Origin: Fonticula alba ATCC 38817
Lineage: Eukaryota > Protista > Nucleariida
Length of the DNA: 64,000 bases
NCBI GenBank assembly: GCA_000388065.2
Contig: KB932204.1
Direction: 5' to 3' (one strand)
A model generated the notes under the pieces. That model was not told the origin of the DNA. It made no database searches and saw only the letters and a list, made by a program, of their open reading frames with translations. A program made the translations under genes and the position numbers. Within the stretch, counting starts at the first letter, position 1. Every line of letters begins with the position of its first letter. Positions 1-12,160 of the stretch are shown here, piece after piece.

Positions 1-47
1 CCCCACCCGCCACCACCATCGCCCTTCCGCCCTCAAAGCAGACACAC

Positions 48-3000
48 ATGTCAATCTTCCAGTGGCTGCGGCGGGCCGGACATCAAGCTGAGTCGCCCGG
101 CGCCCCATCCCCCGCTTTGCCTGATCCGACCTCCTCAACGGCATCTAGCCAGACGTCGATGCTGTCTCCCTCCGGACAGCCCGGGGGCCCCATCGGTCCC
201 GTACGAGGCGGTGCCCCCTCGGAAATTTCCGAGGTGACTGGTGCGTTCCACCGTGCGGCGTTGGCTCACGCCGCAGGTGTCTTCCCTTGCCCGCGATCTC
301 TCTCTCTCTCTCTCTCTCTCGCCCATCCCCTCTGACGATCGACCTCCCCCGTAGTGGATGACCTTCCCCCCTCGGCACAAATCACCGACGATGAGCGCAT
401 CTACGAGCGCATTCGTACTGGCGAGCTCTGTTGGATTCGGATCTTTCGGTTCGAGAAAGGCGTGCAGGATGAACCCACCGAGTTCACCCTTGGCGCCTTC
501 GGGTGCGTGCACGTCGCCTGTCTCGGGCCCCGACCCTCCTGCGCCCCAGCCAGCAGCTGATCCAGACCCCCCGCTCACCCTCTCTATCATCCGTCTGTCG
601 GCCTCTCTATCCTCTCTCTCTCTCTCTCTCTCTCTCCCCCCCCCCCTCGCCACCCCTCGCCACCCCTCCTCCCTCTTGCAAATGCGCAGGACAATCTATG
701 TCAGCCGCGAGGAGGTTGTCCTCACGGCCAATCCCAGCCAGTATGCCTACTTGCGCAAATCTCGCCCCGATACCGGTACGCCTTTTGTTCCCGGCGACTG
801 GCCATTCCCTTTGCGAGTGTCCTCCCCTCTTTCTCTCTCTCTCTCTCTGCTCCTTCGCCGCTGACATCCATATCCCGGCCGATGCAGGCGTCTCCCGGAT
901 TGAGGGCAACCAGAAGCTGTCGTTCCACTCGCCCCCGAACCAGGAACTGGAGATCTACATCATCTCGGTCTTTCCGAGCCTGGCGTGCGCTGGCCTTCCT
1001 CCTTTGCTCTTCTTCCTGTGCCTGCCTTTCGTGGTGTGGCTGCCAGCTGGCGCCCTGACCTGCCCCTCCTCCCCTTACCCCTCTGTCACCCTTGCCAGCC
1101 CATACTGTGGCCTGTATAACCAGGGGGCCACATGCTACATGAACTCCATCCTGCAATCACTCTTTTTCACACCTGCCTTTGTTCAGGTGCGGCCTCCCCC
1201 TCTCCTTTCCTCCCTCCGCCCCCCNNNNNNNNNNCCCCCCCCCCTGCCCTTTCCTGGCACCATGTGCCTCGCTCACGGTTCCCCCCTCTCCCCGATCTGA
1301 CATCCACGTCCTCTCTTCTTCAGGCTCTCTTTCAAATTCCACTGCGTGCCAACCCGGCCGACGGGACCGACCAGCCGAGCCAAACGATCCCTCTGTCTCT
1401 GCAGCGGCTCTTCTTCGAGATGATGCTCGCTCGGGATGCTGGCCCCAACTGCCGGCGCCTGCCGGTGGACACGCAGCGCCTGACACGGTCCTTCGGCTGG
1501 GATGTCCAACAGTCCTTCCAGCAGCATGACGTCCAAGAGTTCAATCGAATCCTCTGTGACAACCTGGAGACCGGCATGAAGGTACGCTCGCCGCGCCTTG
1601 TCGGACAACTGGCCGTGTCTTTGTGGCTAACGCCCTTGGTGAACCTCCGCATGTGAATGCCACGCTGCACAAAGGGCACCTCCGTGGAAGGACGCCTGAA
1701 CCAGCTGCTCGAGGGCGAGTACAAGAGCTACATTCGCTGCCTGAATGTGGAGTACGAGTCCTCTCGAACGGAAACCTTCTTCGGTGCGTGCCCCTTCGGC
1801 TGCCACGTCCCGCATTTTGCCCCTGCGCTCGAGCCCACTTGCGAGAGGATCATCCCCTGGCCACATGTGCACTCACCATCAACATGGCTTCCAACTGTGG
1901 CTATGTATCTATTTTTCCCTCCACGCGACCATCATCTCCATGTATACGCGCAGATATCCAACTGAATGTCCAGGGGCTGCCAAATCTTGAGCGCTCCTTC
2001 GAGCAGTACATCTCGGAAGAGCGGCTGGACGGCGAGAATGCCTACAATGCCGATGGGTTTGGCCTGCAGGCTGCCACCAAGGGGGTTATCTTCACGAAAT
2101 TCCCCCCGGTGCTGCATCTGCAGCTGAAGCGCTACGAGTATGACATTCACACTGGCAACAATGTCAAGGTCACCTCGCACTTCGAGTTCCCAGACACCAT
2201 CGATCTCGGCCCGTACATGGAGAAGGATGAGCACGGCCGGAGCCAGGTACGCATGCGCTTGCTGCTCCTCAAGAGGGCGCGCGGGGTGGTGGCGGTGGCA
2301 GCGCGGGGGCGGCACTTTCGAGCCTCAAAAAGCCGATATCCCTCAAGGACCAAGACTAATCCTGCCTCGGTCTCCTGTGCGCCTCTCTTGACAAAATGCC
2401 ACAGAGCAAGATCTACCACCTGTACGGAGTACTGGTGCACGAGGGAACCGTCAACCTCGGTCACTACTTTTCCTTCCTTCGGCCGAGGAAGAACGGCCTG
2501 TGGTATCAGTTCAATGATGACGAAGTGAACCCGGTCGACTACTCGCTCGTCACGCGGGACAGCTTTGGCTCCAACCAGCAGGGTACAACATGTCGGCACA
2601 GGCGTCCCTCCTCTTGGGTCCTTTTCTTCGTGTATGTGGCCACTGACGTCTTTTCTTCTATGGACGGCCCCCCCCCCGGTCCAGTCTGCCGCCAGACAAC
2701 CACCGCCTATATGCTGGTGTACTTTGCGGAGGAGCACTTGGATGAGGTGCGTCTTCTGACCTGCTCCGGGGCCGGGGGACACCCGGCACATGTCTCCTCT
2801 TGTCCTTTCTCCTCCCTCTCTCCCTCTCTCTCTCTCTCTGTCCCCTCTTCCTCTGCCCCTTTCTATGCCTCTTCCTATGCTCACCTGGCCTTCCCTCCTG
2901 TCCCCTTCAGATCTTCACCGAATTTAAGATCGCCGATGTGCCATCGCCTCTGGCACACTACCTGGAAACATCAGTCCGGCATGATGCCCCCTTCCCGGCG

Positions 3001-6000
3001 GAATACTCGCCCCCGCCTGACACGATGGCCATCACCCTGTCGACGCCGCCGCTGACCGGGGACCCTCTGGACCTCAATCAGGCGCTTGAACAGAAGGATG
3101 TCGAGCCCCTGCGCGACAACTTCTTCAGTGATGGTGCGTTGGCGCGCTTCCGGCGCTATTGTGCCAAAATCAGCCGGCGGCTGTTCCTTCGAGAGGGGGG
3201 GGGCCGGCGTCGGCGCTTGATGCTGTCAGGACCAGTTTTGGGGAGGTGAGTGTGCCCTTCCATACATCTGTGTGTATGTGGGTGTGGGTGTGCTCTTTGT
3301 TCCATCTGCCATTTGCCTCCCGCTGTCCGCCGCAGCTTGTCTCTGGTGGGGGAGGGATCACTAGATCATCCTCCCATATCCCCTCTCCCGCCCTTCCTCC
3401 TTGAAAAGAGACCCGCACCCCAAAGCCGGTTGCCAAACACAGAGAGTCCAGTCATGGAAGTGAGTACCTGTGCTTTCCCCCCCCCCCTTTTTTTCCCTCT
3501 GTCTCTGTTTCTGGTGCTTCCCCGTGCCTCAGCACCCGCCTATGCGGAGGAACACCTCTCCACATGTTTCTGTCCTGGCGCACTCTGCCCTCCTTTCCCA
3601 CTTGCTGCCAAGAGACAACCCCCCAGCCTTGAGATCCGTCTGTCCATGTGCCAATTTCCTGCGTAACCCTCCCACTGTTCTGCCCGGGAGTACCTATTGC
3701 TCATGTCTCCTTGAGGCAAGGCAAGTGGTGTTTCTTTTCGGTGTGGCCCCCGCTCCATGACTTCCTCCTTTTGGTCCTGCGTTTGTGTGTGTGGACATGC
3801 TCTGTGCTGTGCACTCTTGGTTCCCGGTCGCCTGGACCCGGGGAGACTCTTGGCCAAACTTGTCTTCTCCACTAGTGTCTAGTGTCCCAGTGACGGGATC
3901 TCCCGCCACACCTGGCCCAACCTTTTTCATGGCCCCTTTTGCCACGTTCCCTGACACACATCCCATGCCACACCCAGTTCGAAGCGGCTACATCACTCTG
4001 GAGCCGGAGTTCCAGCGGTTTTCCGACCTGCGGTCGGTGGTTGACTGGAAGAAGGTACACGTGCCCCACACCATGACCTGCGAGCCTCTCTCTCCTCCTC
4101 CTCCTCCTCCTCCTCCTCGTCCTCCTTTCGCCTCCTTTCGCCTCCTTTCGCCTCCTTTCGCCTCCTTTCGCCTCCCTTCGCCTCCTTTCGCCTCCCTTCG
4201 CCTCCTTTCGCCTCCTTTCGCCTCCTTTCGCCTCCTTCCGCCCCCTTCCGCCTCCTTTCTCCTCTGAACCTCTCACTCGTCTAACACTGCCCGGGATCCC
4301 TCCTCCCTCCTCTGGCCGGCTGGCGGGGGCATGTCCGAGTAGACCACTCTGGAAACGCCGTTCTCCTCTGAGAAGTACATCGATCTTGGGGATTACCAAT
4401 TCGGCGACCACTATATTTTTGTCATGCTGTGGGGTGCGTATTTGGCAAACCCCTCAGGGCACTTGCAATCCTCGGCGAGTCCCACTGACCCTGTGACGGT
4501 ATACAGATCTTTGTCCGGAAAGCGACATCCTGCTCCCGGTCCAGCGGCTGATGGTCCACCGAGACACCTTCTCACTGGCCAGCCTCGGTCGGTCGCCCAC
4601 TTGCGTACGTGCAAAGACAGATAGATGGATGGATGGATGGACTTGATGGACGGATGGACGCCGCTCCCGCGTGCCCTCATTGTCCCTGTGGTGATTGACA
4701 TCTCCCCTTCTCCCATCCCGTTCCTGGCTTAGCGCTTCTTCCTATCTTTCGACAATGGTGATGCCGAGCTTATCGATCCCCAGCAGCTCTTTGACCACGA
4801 TTACATCCCTCTAGAGCTGGCTCACATTATCTGTGTCGAGGTGCGAGCGCGTGAGGCAGCTTGGTGCTTGGTGGCAATACCACCTCCTCCCCCTCCCCCC
4901 TCCCCCCTCCCCCCTGTCCTTGGCACTGGCTGACCGACTCCCCCTTTCTGCCGTTCACCCGCTCCCTCTCCTTCCTGTACACACTCTCTCTCACACACAC
5001 ACACACACACAGGGCGACCAGGACTACGACACGTTTGACGACTTCTTGCTCCTGCGATTCATGGAGCAATCCTCGACAGTGGGCTTCTATGGCGAACAGT
5101 CTGGGCTCATTCTGGTCGCCGGCCTGCATCAGGGCACCCTGACTCTCGACCGACTCCGTCAGGCCATTGTTCGTGCTCGGTCTCGGGTCCTCCCCAATGA
5201 CGTGACCAGCCCTGGCCATGTGCGTGCTCCGGCTACCCGCTCCCCTTCTGCTGACCTCCAGCTGAGACGCCTCTCGAGGCCTGCGCTGCGACTTACCCGT
5301 GTTACCCCTCTCCGTGCCATTTCGTGGACAGATCTACATCAGGTATTTCATGGACATCCCCGCGCATGCCCAAACGCCGGACTACACACAAGACCCGCAC
5401 GCCCTGCTGTCTACGATCAAGAACAACCACTGCTTCGCCATGCGCTACAGCCACTCGGTGCGGGAGCTCCGGGGGCGGGTGCGGCCATTCACGTGTATTC
5501 TGGTGGACTCGCGCTTCCAGAGCCTCAGCGTGACGGTTTACCTGCCGGAGGATTTGGGCCCCATCACGCCGGACAACCTGGTACATCTGGTGCTGGAGTC
5601 CGCCGGTGACGGGCTTCGACGCGCGGCCCAGGCTGTCCATTCGCCGGGGCTCCCGGTGACGGACTTCCTGGCGCCGCCGGGTGACATCCTATCTCGCTTC
5701 CGGGTGGTGCCGTTCTTCATTTTCGATGTTTTCTTCTTCGGGATTCTGTGTGGGCCGATGGATTTGTCATCCGGGGTTCCCCCGCCGCAGCTGAGCATCC
5801 AGGTGCGCATTAGCTCCGGGTGGCCATCGCCAGCCCATGCCTTCCGCTGAGCGCATCATGCCGGCACCAGTGCTCCTCCCACCATGTGTCTTGGTCACCA
5901 GCGCCCCTCCCCGCCCCCCTCCCTTCCTCCCCTACACACGCACGCGCATGCACGCTAACACCCATGCGATATGCAGCTGATGCCGCCAACCCCAAGCGCC

Positions 6001-6928
6001 CCGGCAGGTCTGTATGTCCCGCCGGCTCGGCCGCAGGAGCTTTACCAGACAATGGTGCTGGTGCTGCGCCTGCAGCAGGGCCACCTGGCCACTCCCTTCC
6101 TGGTGGATGTGGTGCGACTTTGACTCCCGCTGTTCCTCGCCGTTGCGCCTCCCTGGCCCTCCTATTGTCCCGGCTACTATCATGGCGGGAGGCGAAGGGC
6201 GGTCTGCTTACACACGACTAACGCCATTTTCCTGACCCACTTGTCTCTCACGCACACACGCCTGTTCTCTCTCTCTCTCCCTCCCTCCCTCCCTCTCTCT
6301 GCCCCTCGGTCTGTGCACTTTTCCCCTTCGGCCGAATGACCACCCACCATGACCCTCACAGACTGGCATGCATACCTTGCTGGAGGTGAAGCAGATGCTG
6401 GTCGAGCGGATGGACGCTCGGAAGAACGACGCATACATGGTGAACCTGAACCTGAACGTCAGTTTCCGCAGGCCATCCAATGAGATCATCCTGCAGCACC
6501 TTGCCCAGGCCAGTGGATCGTCCCTGCGACTGGCGCCCAGTGGCAGCCCCACCGACTCGGCGAGTGGCAGCCCTCATGAGCAGAGCTATGAGGAGCGCGT
6601 GTGTGGATTGCTGGCGCGCGTGAGGGCCGAGCTTGGGCCGGCCGAGGGCCGGCCCTCGGCCGTGCCGGACATCTTCACGGACGAACCGCCCGGCCAGCTG
6701 GCCAAGGCCCACCCAGCGGACATGACCCTGGCACATGCGGAGCTCGAGGCCGGGGATCTGCAGCAGGCCCTGATCGGCATGAGCTGGGTCCCCGGGTCGG
6801 AGAGTCTGCGCCGGGAGGTCAGCCAGGCAGTAGGCCACTCCCTTGGGTACTTCTTCACGCTGGATGGCTCCCAGCTGCTCGGGTCGCAGGGTGGAGCCGC
6901 AGGTCGCGGGGGCATTCGGTTTGGGTAG
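48..6928 (+). CDS. Ubiquitin carboxyl-terminal hydrolase (peptidase C19), USP7/Ubp15-like; multi-exon
   Basis: Spliced exons give the Cys box GLYNQGATCYMNSILQSLF (~1100-1186), SFQQHDVQEFNRILCDNLE (~1515-1570), DIQLNV...FPPVLHLQLKRYEY (~1955-2140), the His box YHLYGVLVHEG...GHYFSFLRP...WYQFNDD (~2415-2520) and TAYMLVY (~2700). Junctions are GT-AG and keep frame. The C-terminal exon structure (3.3-6.4 kb) and the stop at 6928 (GIRFG*) are less certain. Confidence 0.88.
4121..4259. repeat. 10-bp minisatellite (CCTCCTTTCG)n in an intron of the USP gene
   Basis: About 14 near-perfect tandem copies read directly, preceded by (CCT)n. Confidence 0.9.
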
Positions 6929-9900
6929 GCCACAGTATTGTGGCCCATGTTCTCGCCTGCCCCCTGCCCCTGCATTCCCTCCCCCCCCCCGCCTCCCTCC
7001 TTTGCCCACAAACACTTGCTCAGGCTGCGTGCGTTTCCCAGTGTCGGCATGCCTCGACCTCCGGATGTGTTGTATGATTGAGTATGGACATACCGCGCAT
7101 TTCGGTACCGCCTGACCGATACCACTGCTTCCTTGGCTCTCCCTGTGCCAAGGCAGGCTTATTAATACACAGTGACCCTTCCTCATGCTGGAATGAGCAT
7201 ATGTACATCATAGAAGGCTCGTCCATCTACCCAAGAGAGGGGGAGAGGAGGAAAGAAGGGGGCAAGAGGGACCACGGCTCGGCGGTCAGGCCCAATGATC
7301 GGTCGCATGGGGGGTCCCCGCGAGTGCGAGGCGGCGGACAAAGCATCGCAGGCCGGCCCAGACTGGCGGCCATGTTAATCGAGACGTTTGAGTTATATCG
7401 CGGGGATCCTGTGGCCGAGACCGTAGGTAACGTGTCTCGGTGAGCGATGCCTCCGGTTGGTCCGGCCGTTGGGCGCATTTTTTGGACAGGTAAAAAGGTA
7501 TTTGTGCTTCGGCATTGGGTGTGTTTTCGCCAGCGCCAGGACCTCCTCCCTCCCCCGGGCAAGGGCGCGCTGGGGCCTTCTCCGGTGTTCCCCTTTTGAT
7601 GGGACAGCGCGGCATTACACGGTGGTGTCTCTTGCCCCCCCCCCCCTCCCGCCTGGAACAGTGTGCCCAAGGGCAAGCGCAGGAGGGAGGAAAAGGGACA
7701 ACGGAGAGTGCCAGGCTGCTGCCTCGGAAGGCCAGTAACTCCGGAGCTCGGTCGCGGTGGGGCAGGGGGGGGGGGGGCAGTGGAGGGGGACAAGGCGGCT
7801 GTTGGAATGCAGCCCCTCTTCCGACTCCAGGGACCGTGCGAGTCAAGGGGAGGTGACTAGCGACGTGGCGAAAACCTCACGATAAGCAATCCAATGGGCG
7901 GGGCGGGCGAGGGAAATCCGCCAAAAGGGTGGGGTCTTCCCTCGCAGCGACACGCGCAGGCGGAGCCCCGGCGCAGAGCGTCCACCGGGCCATTCTTCGC
8001 TTCCGTACCGCCAGCGAGAGCGCCGCCCAACCGCCAAGGAGGCGCTTCTCTTGGTGGCTACCCGTCACGCTTGAGCCGACGCCACTGGACGACCACGCGC
8101 CGGACCGGAGGAGGGCGGCGGGCGGGGGGGGGGGGGCGCATCAAAGACAAGCGAGGCTGGGCGCATCATCACTCGGTCGACAGCACTCATACTAGGGTAC
8201 CCCAGGTGGGCATGTTCCTTCCATGGGGGTGGACGTCTGGGGGATTGGGGCGTCGGCGTGGGGCATGTCATCCTGTTGAGGGATCCACGTCCTTCTTCTT
8301 CCCCCGCCTAGAAGGGGGGGCGTAAGCAAGATCGCGTGGGCGCGGCACGCACCACGACACCGAGAGCCCTGGAGTCTGTGGGCATGTTTGCCCGCACCCG
8401 CATGCATGAAGCGCTATACCACACACACCGAGGGCCAAGCACACGAGCATCAATCCCCTCTAGGACGCCGGAAAAATAACGAGCGCGGGGGCGAGCAACC
8501 TCCCGGAACTCGGGCGATCAGGGAGGGGGATGCAGCCGGGTGACTTGGGAGGGGCAGGGGCGGGGGGAGGGGAGAATGCGGCGGGTCTATTATGAGTTCC
8601 TGGGCGTACCAAACAGGGGCCGCCTCTCGGAGGCCCGATTCGCGAATGGCTGGCCCGATTTCCGCCGCGGCCGTTGGGGGAGGGGGTGGGGCGGGAACCG
8701 CCACGGCCAGGGGGAGCCAGCTCGGTGCCGGCCTATCTCCGGCCCTAGGCTGACAACCGGCCGCCACGCGGTCCGGGGCCCCCCTGGGAGAGCGGAAACG
8801 CACACAGGGGGGGGGGGGGGGGGGGGCAGGTCAAGGGTCGGGGCACACACACGCACGCGCGCGCGCGCGCGCGCGTGTGCAGGAGCGTGGTGCACGGCGC
8901 CGGTCGACGAAGCAGGGGCGGGGACGCGCGCTCCCGCGAGCGCACCCTCCCCCACATCACACGCCCCCGGCGGCCCTTGGAGTGGGCTGCCGGCGGACTC
9001 GGCGGAGATCTGCCGCTGCACCGGGGCTCGGACGCCAGGAAGCCCGGACCGGAAGAAAGGGGCCGAGGAAGCAACCGCAAGCGACGGAACACCAACGGCC
9101 GGCAGGACGCCACGTACTTGCATTCTGAGGCATTGAAGGCCGGAATGGGCGGCCCCCGGCCCGCCCCCGCCTGCTCAGTCGTTCGCTCGCTCGCCCTCAC
9201 CGGTGGTGCGGCGGGCCTGGNNNNNNNNNNNNNNNNNNNNNNNNNNNNNNNNNNNNNNNNNNNNNNNNNNNNNNNNNNNNNNNNNNNNNNNNNNNNNNNN
9301 NNNNNGGGGGGGGGGGGGGGGGGGGGGGCGGAGAGCGGCGGCCAGGCGCGGGGCGCGTGCGCTTGACCCGCCTACCAACGAATGGCGTGCCACTCTCTGT
9401 GGCCGGCCGGAAGAAGTGGGGCCTCATACCGGGTCCCGTCGCCCCTGGGAGCGACGCCCCGGGCCAGGAGCGGAGGGTATCGCGTGCGCATTGTTATTTA
9501 TTCGCCGGGACACATTCACACAGCCAGGACCGTTGCTGGAACTCGGGCCGCGCCCGGGGGGCGGGCGAGAGGGGGCACGTATGCTGGCAACGCGTCTAAA
9601 AATATACACGAGCCATTATTTTGTGGAGATTTTACACTCCACTCCGCGGGAGACAGGCAGGGGGACAGGCAGCCAGGCCGGCCATTCATCTTGCCGGCCC
9701 TTGCTCTTCGGCCTCGCTTTTCGCCGCGTATGTGTGCGGATGAGTCAGTTTCTTCGGCATGTTCTCAAACGCGTGTAACATGCGCCTTGCCACGCCGGCC
9801 TCCCGCCGTCCCTCGAACGGGGCGGGCTTGTGCAAAGGCCAGGCCCGCGACGTGTGTGGCCCGCCGACTAGTTCCCCCCCCCCCCCCCCCCCCCCGCCCC

Positions 9901-10895
9901 CGCGTTCTGGTGGTGTGGGGCGCTCCCCCGGTGGCGCGGGGAAGGGAGGCAGCTCTCGCGTGCGCCCCCCTCCCCCCCCCCCCCGGCCCCCGTTACTGCC
10001 CCGGCCGCCATCAGCGTGGGCTCTATATGTGTGCGCGTGTGGGGGTGCGGGCAGGGGGGGGGGGGCGGGGTACTGTCGTGCCTGCCCGGAAGTAGTGTCA
10101 GGCGCCTGATTGGCTGGACATCACGAAGGCCGATTTCTCCACCAAGCGCCCTGTGCGAGTCCCTGGCTGTGCATCCTCGCGCCCGCATGCGCACACGGCT
10201 CGGCACACTTCAGCACAAGTGCACAGGTATCCTCGCATGCACCGGCGGACGCCCGCGCCCGCGCGTCCAAGACACAGCCACACGCGCACGCACGCGCGTA
10301 TGGCCGTTGCTTTCCGGGCGGCCCCCTGTGGCTCGACGCCCCGGCCCATTCCCGGCTGCCGCCGTAGCACAGGGGGGGCTCTCACGGGCGCCCTCTTTTG
10401 TGTATCTCGTCGCCCCGACTCCCCCCCCCCCCCCCCCCCNNNNNNNNNNNNNNNNNNNNNNNNNNNNNNNNNNNNNNNNNNNNNNNNNNNNNNNNNNNNN
10501 NNNNNNNNNNNNNNNNNNNNNNNNNNNNNNNNNNNNNNNNNNNNNNNNNNNNNNNNNNNNNNNNNNNNNNNNNNNNNNNNNNNNNNNNNNNNNNNNNNNN
10601 NNNNNNNNNNNNNNNNNNNNNNNNNNNNNNNNNNNNNNNNNNNNNNNNNNNNNNNNNNNNNNNNNNNNNNNNNNNNNNNNNNNNNNNNNNNNNNNNNNNN
10701 NNNNNNNNNNNNNNNNNNNNNNNNNNNNNNNNNNNNNNNNNNNNNNNNNNNNNNNNNNNNNNNNNNNNNNNNNNNNNNNNNNNNNNNNNNNNNNNNNNNN
10801 NNNNNNNNNNNNNNNNNNNNNNNNNNNNNNNNNNNNNNNNNNNNNNNNNNNNNNNNNNNNNNNNNNNNNNNNNNNNNNNNNNNNNNNNNNNNNNN

Positions 10896-10950
10896 GAACC
10901 GACCCCCAAGAGGGGGGGGGGGGGGGGGGGATTTTTCGCCCCCAAAAACT

Positions 10951-10951
<1 letters not shown>
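10896..10951 (+). repeat. Gap-adjacent ~56-bp repeat, copy 1 (copy 2 at 14837-14892)
   Basis: GAACCGACCCCCAAGA-G(n)-ATTTTTCGCCCCCAAAAACTT followed by a long C run occurs at both places. Confidence 0.8.
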
Positions 10952-10998
<47 letters not shown>

Positions 10999-12160
10999 CC
11001 CTGGGACAAGGGGGAGCCGGGACCGGGGCGGGGCCGGGCCGGGCGGGACGTGGGCCAGGAAGCCCGGCGGGTTGCTCTCTGTTTATGCTCTCCCGCTCCA
11101 TTGGCGATGCCCTGGGGGAGTGCGCGCCCCGAAGGAGGTCGGATCCACCACGCGCTCACTCCCGCATTGATGCCCCCTGCTTCGCTCACGCGCCTGGGCA
11201 CAGCCCACGAGCATGCAAACCATCGCCCCGCCCACACAAACAGTCCCCTGGGCGGGGGTGTCCACGCACCATCAGGCCATCTGTGGCAGGGTGCGGCCGG
11301 GCGATTCATCGCCCTGCCCCTTGTTGGTGGCAGTGCCCGCTACCGGCCGTCTGCCGGGCACACGCGCTCCTCCGCCACCGGGGAACATGCCGTCTCCCGC
11401 AGGCCGGGCGGGGGCGGAGGGCAGCAGCGCCGGTTGAACGCGTCGACCTCCCCCCCCCCCTCTATGGACCTGAGGAGCCTGGTGGGTAAAACTGGCGAAG
11501 GGTGTTGATGCGGCCGGGTTGGGCTCCTGCCTCCCAGCCGGGCTAGGGTTCGGGGGGTGTTGGTCCCTCTGGCATATCAGGCCATTCAGGCCTTGTGGAT
11601 GGGCCGCTCCTCGATCCTGGCCACGACCGACCATGCACCGGCGGGGATCTCTCTGCCGGGTTGGGGCGGGGCAGGGGCGAGTGTGTGCGTGTGCGTGTGC
11701 GCCGGGCGCCGGACGCCGGCGCCAGCGTGGCCGTGTGCTCGGGNNNNNNNNNNNNNNNNNNNNNNNNNNNNNNNNNNNNNNNNNNNNNNNNNNNNNNNNN
11801 NNNNNNNNNNNNNNNNNNNNNNNNNNNNNNNNNNNNNNNNNNNNNNNNNNNNNNNNNNNNNNNNNNNNNNNNNNNNNNNNNNNNNNNNNNNNNNNNNNNN
11901 NNNNNNNNNNNNNNNNNNNNNNNNNNNNNNNNNNNNNNNNNNNNNNNNNNNNNNNNNNNNNNNNNNNNNNNNNNNNNNNNNNNNNNNNNNNNNNNNNNNN
12001 NNNNNNNNNNNNNNNNNNNNNNNNNNNNNNNNNNNNNNNNNNNNNNNNNNNNNNNNNNNNNNNNNNNNNNNNNNNNNNNNNNNNNNNCCTCCCCGAGCGT
12101 GGTCCCCGCGTCCCTCCTCCGCCCGCTTGACGCGCCGCCTGTCGCGCCTCTCCCACCGGG

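Noticed and set aside
4121-4259. Regular repeat resembling a CRISPR array
   Set aside because: 10-bp units with no unique spacers, inside a eukaryotic intron; a minisatellite.
7504-7516. GTGCTTCGGCA resembling the U6 snRNA 5' end
   Set aside because: No ACAGAGA box or further U6 similarity downstream.
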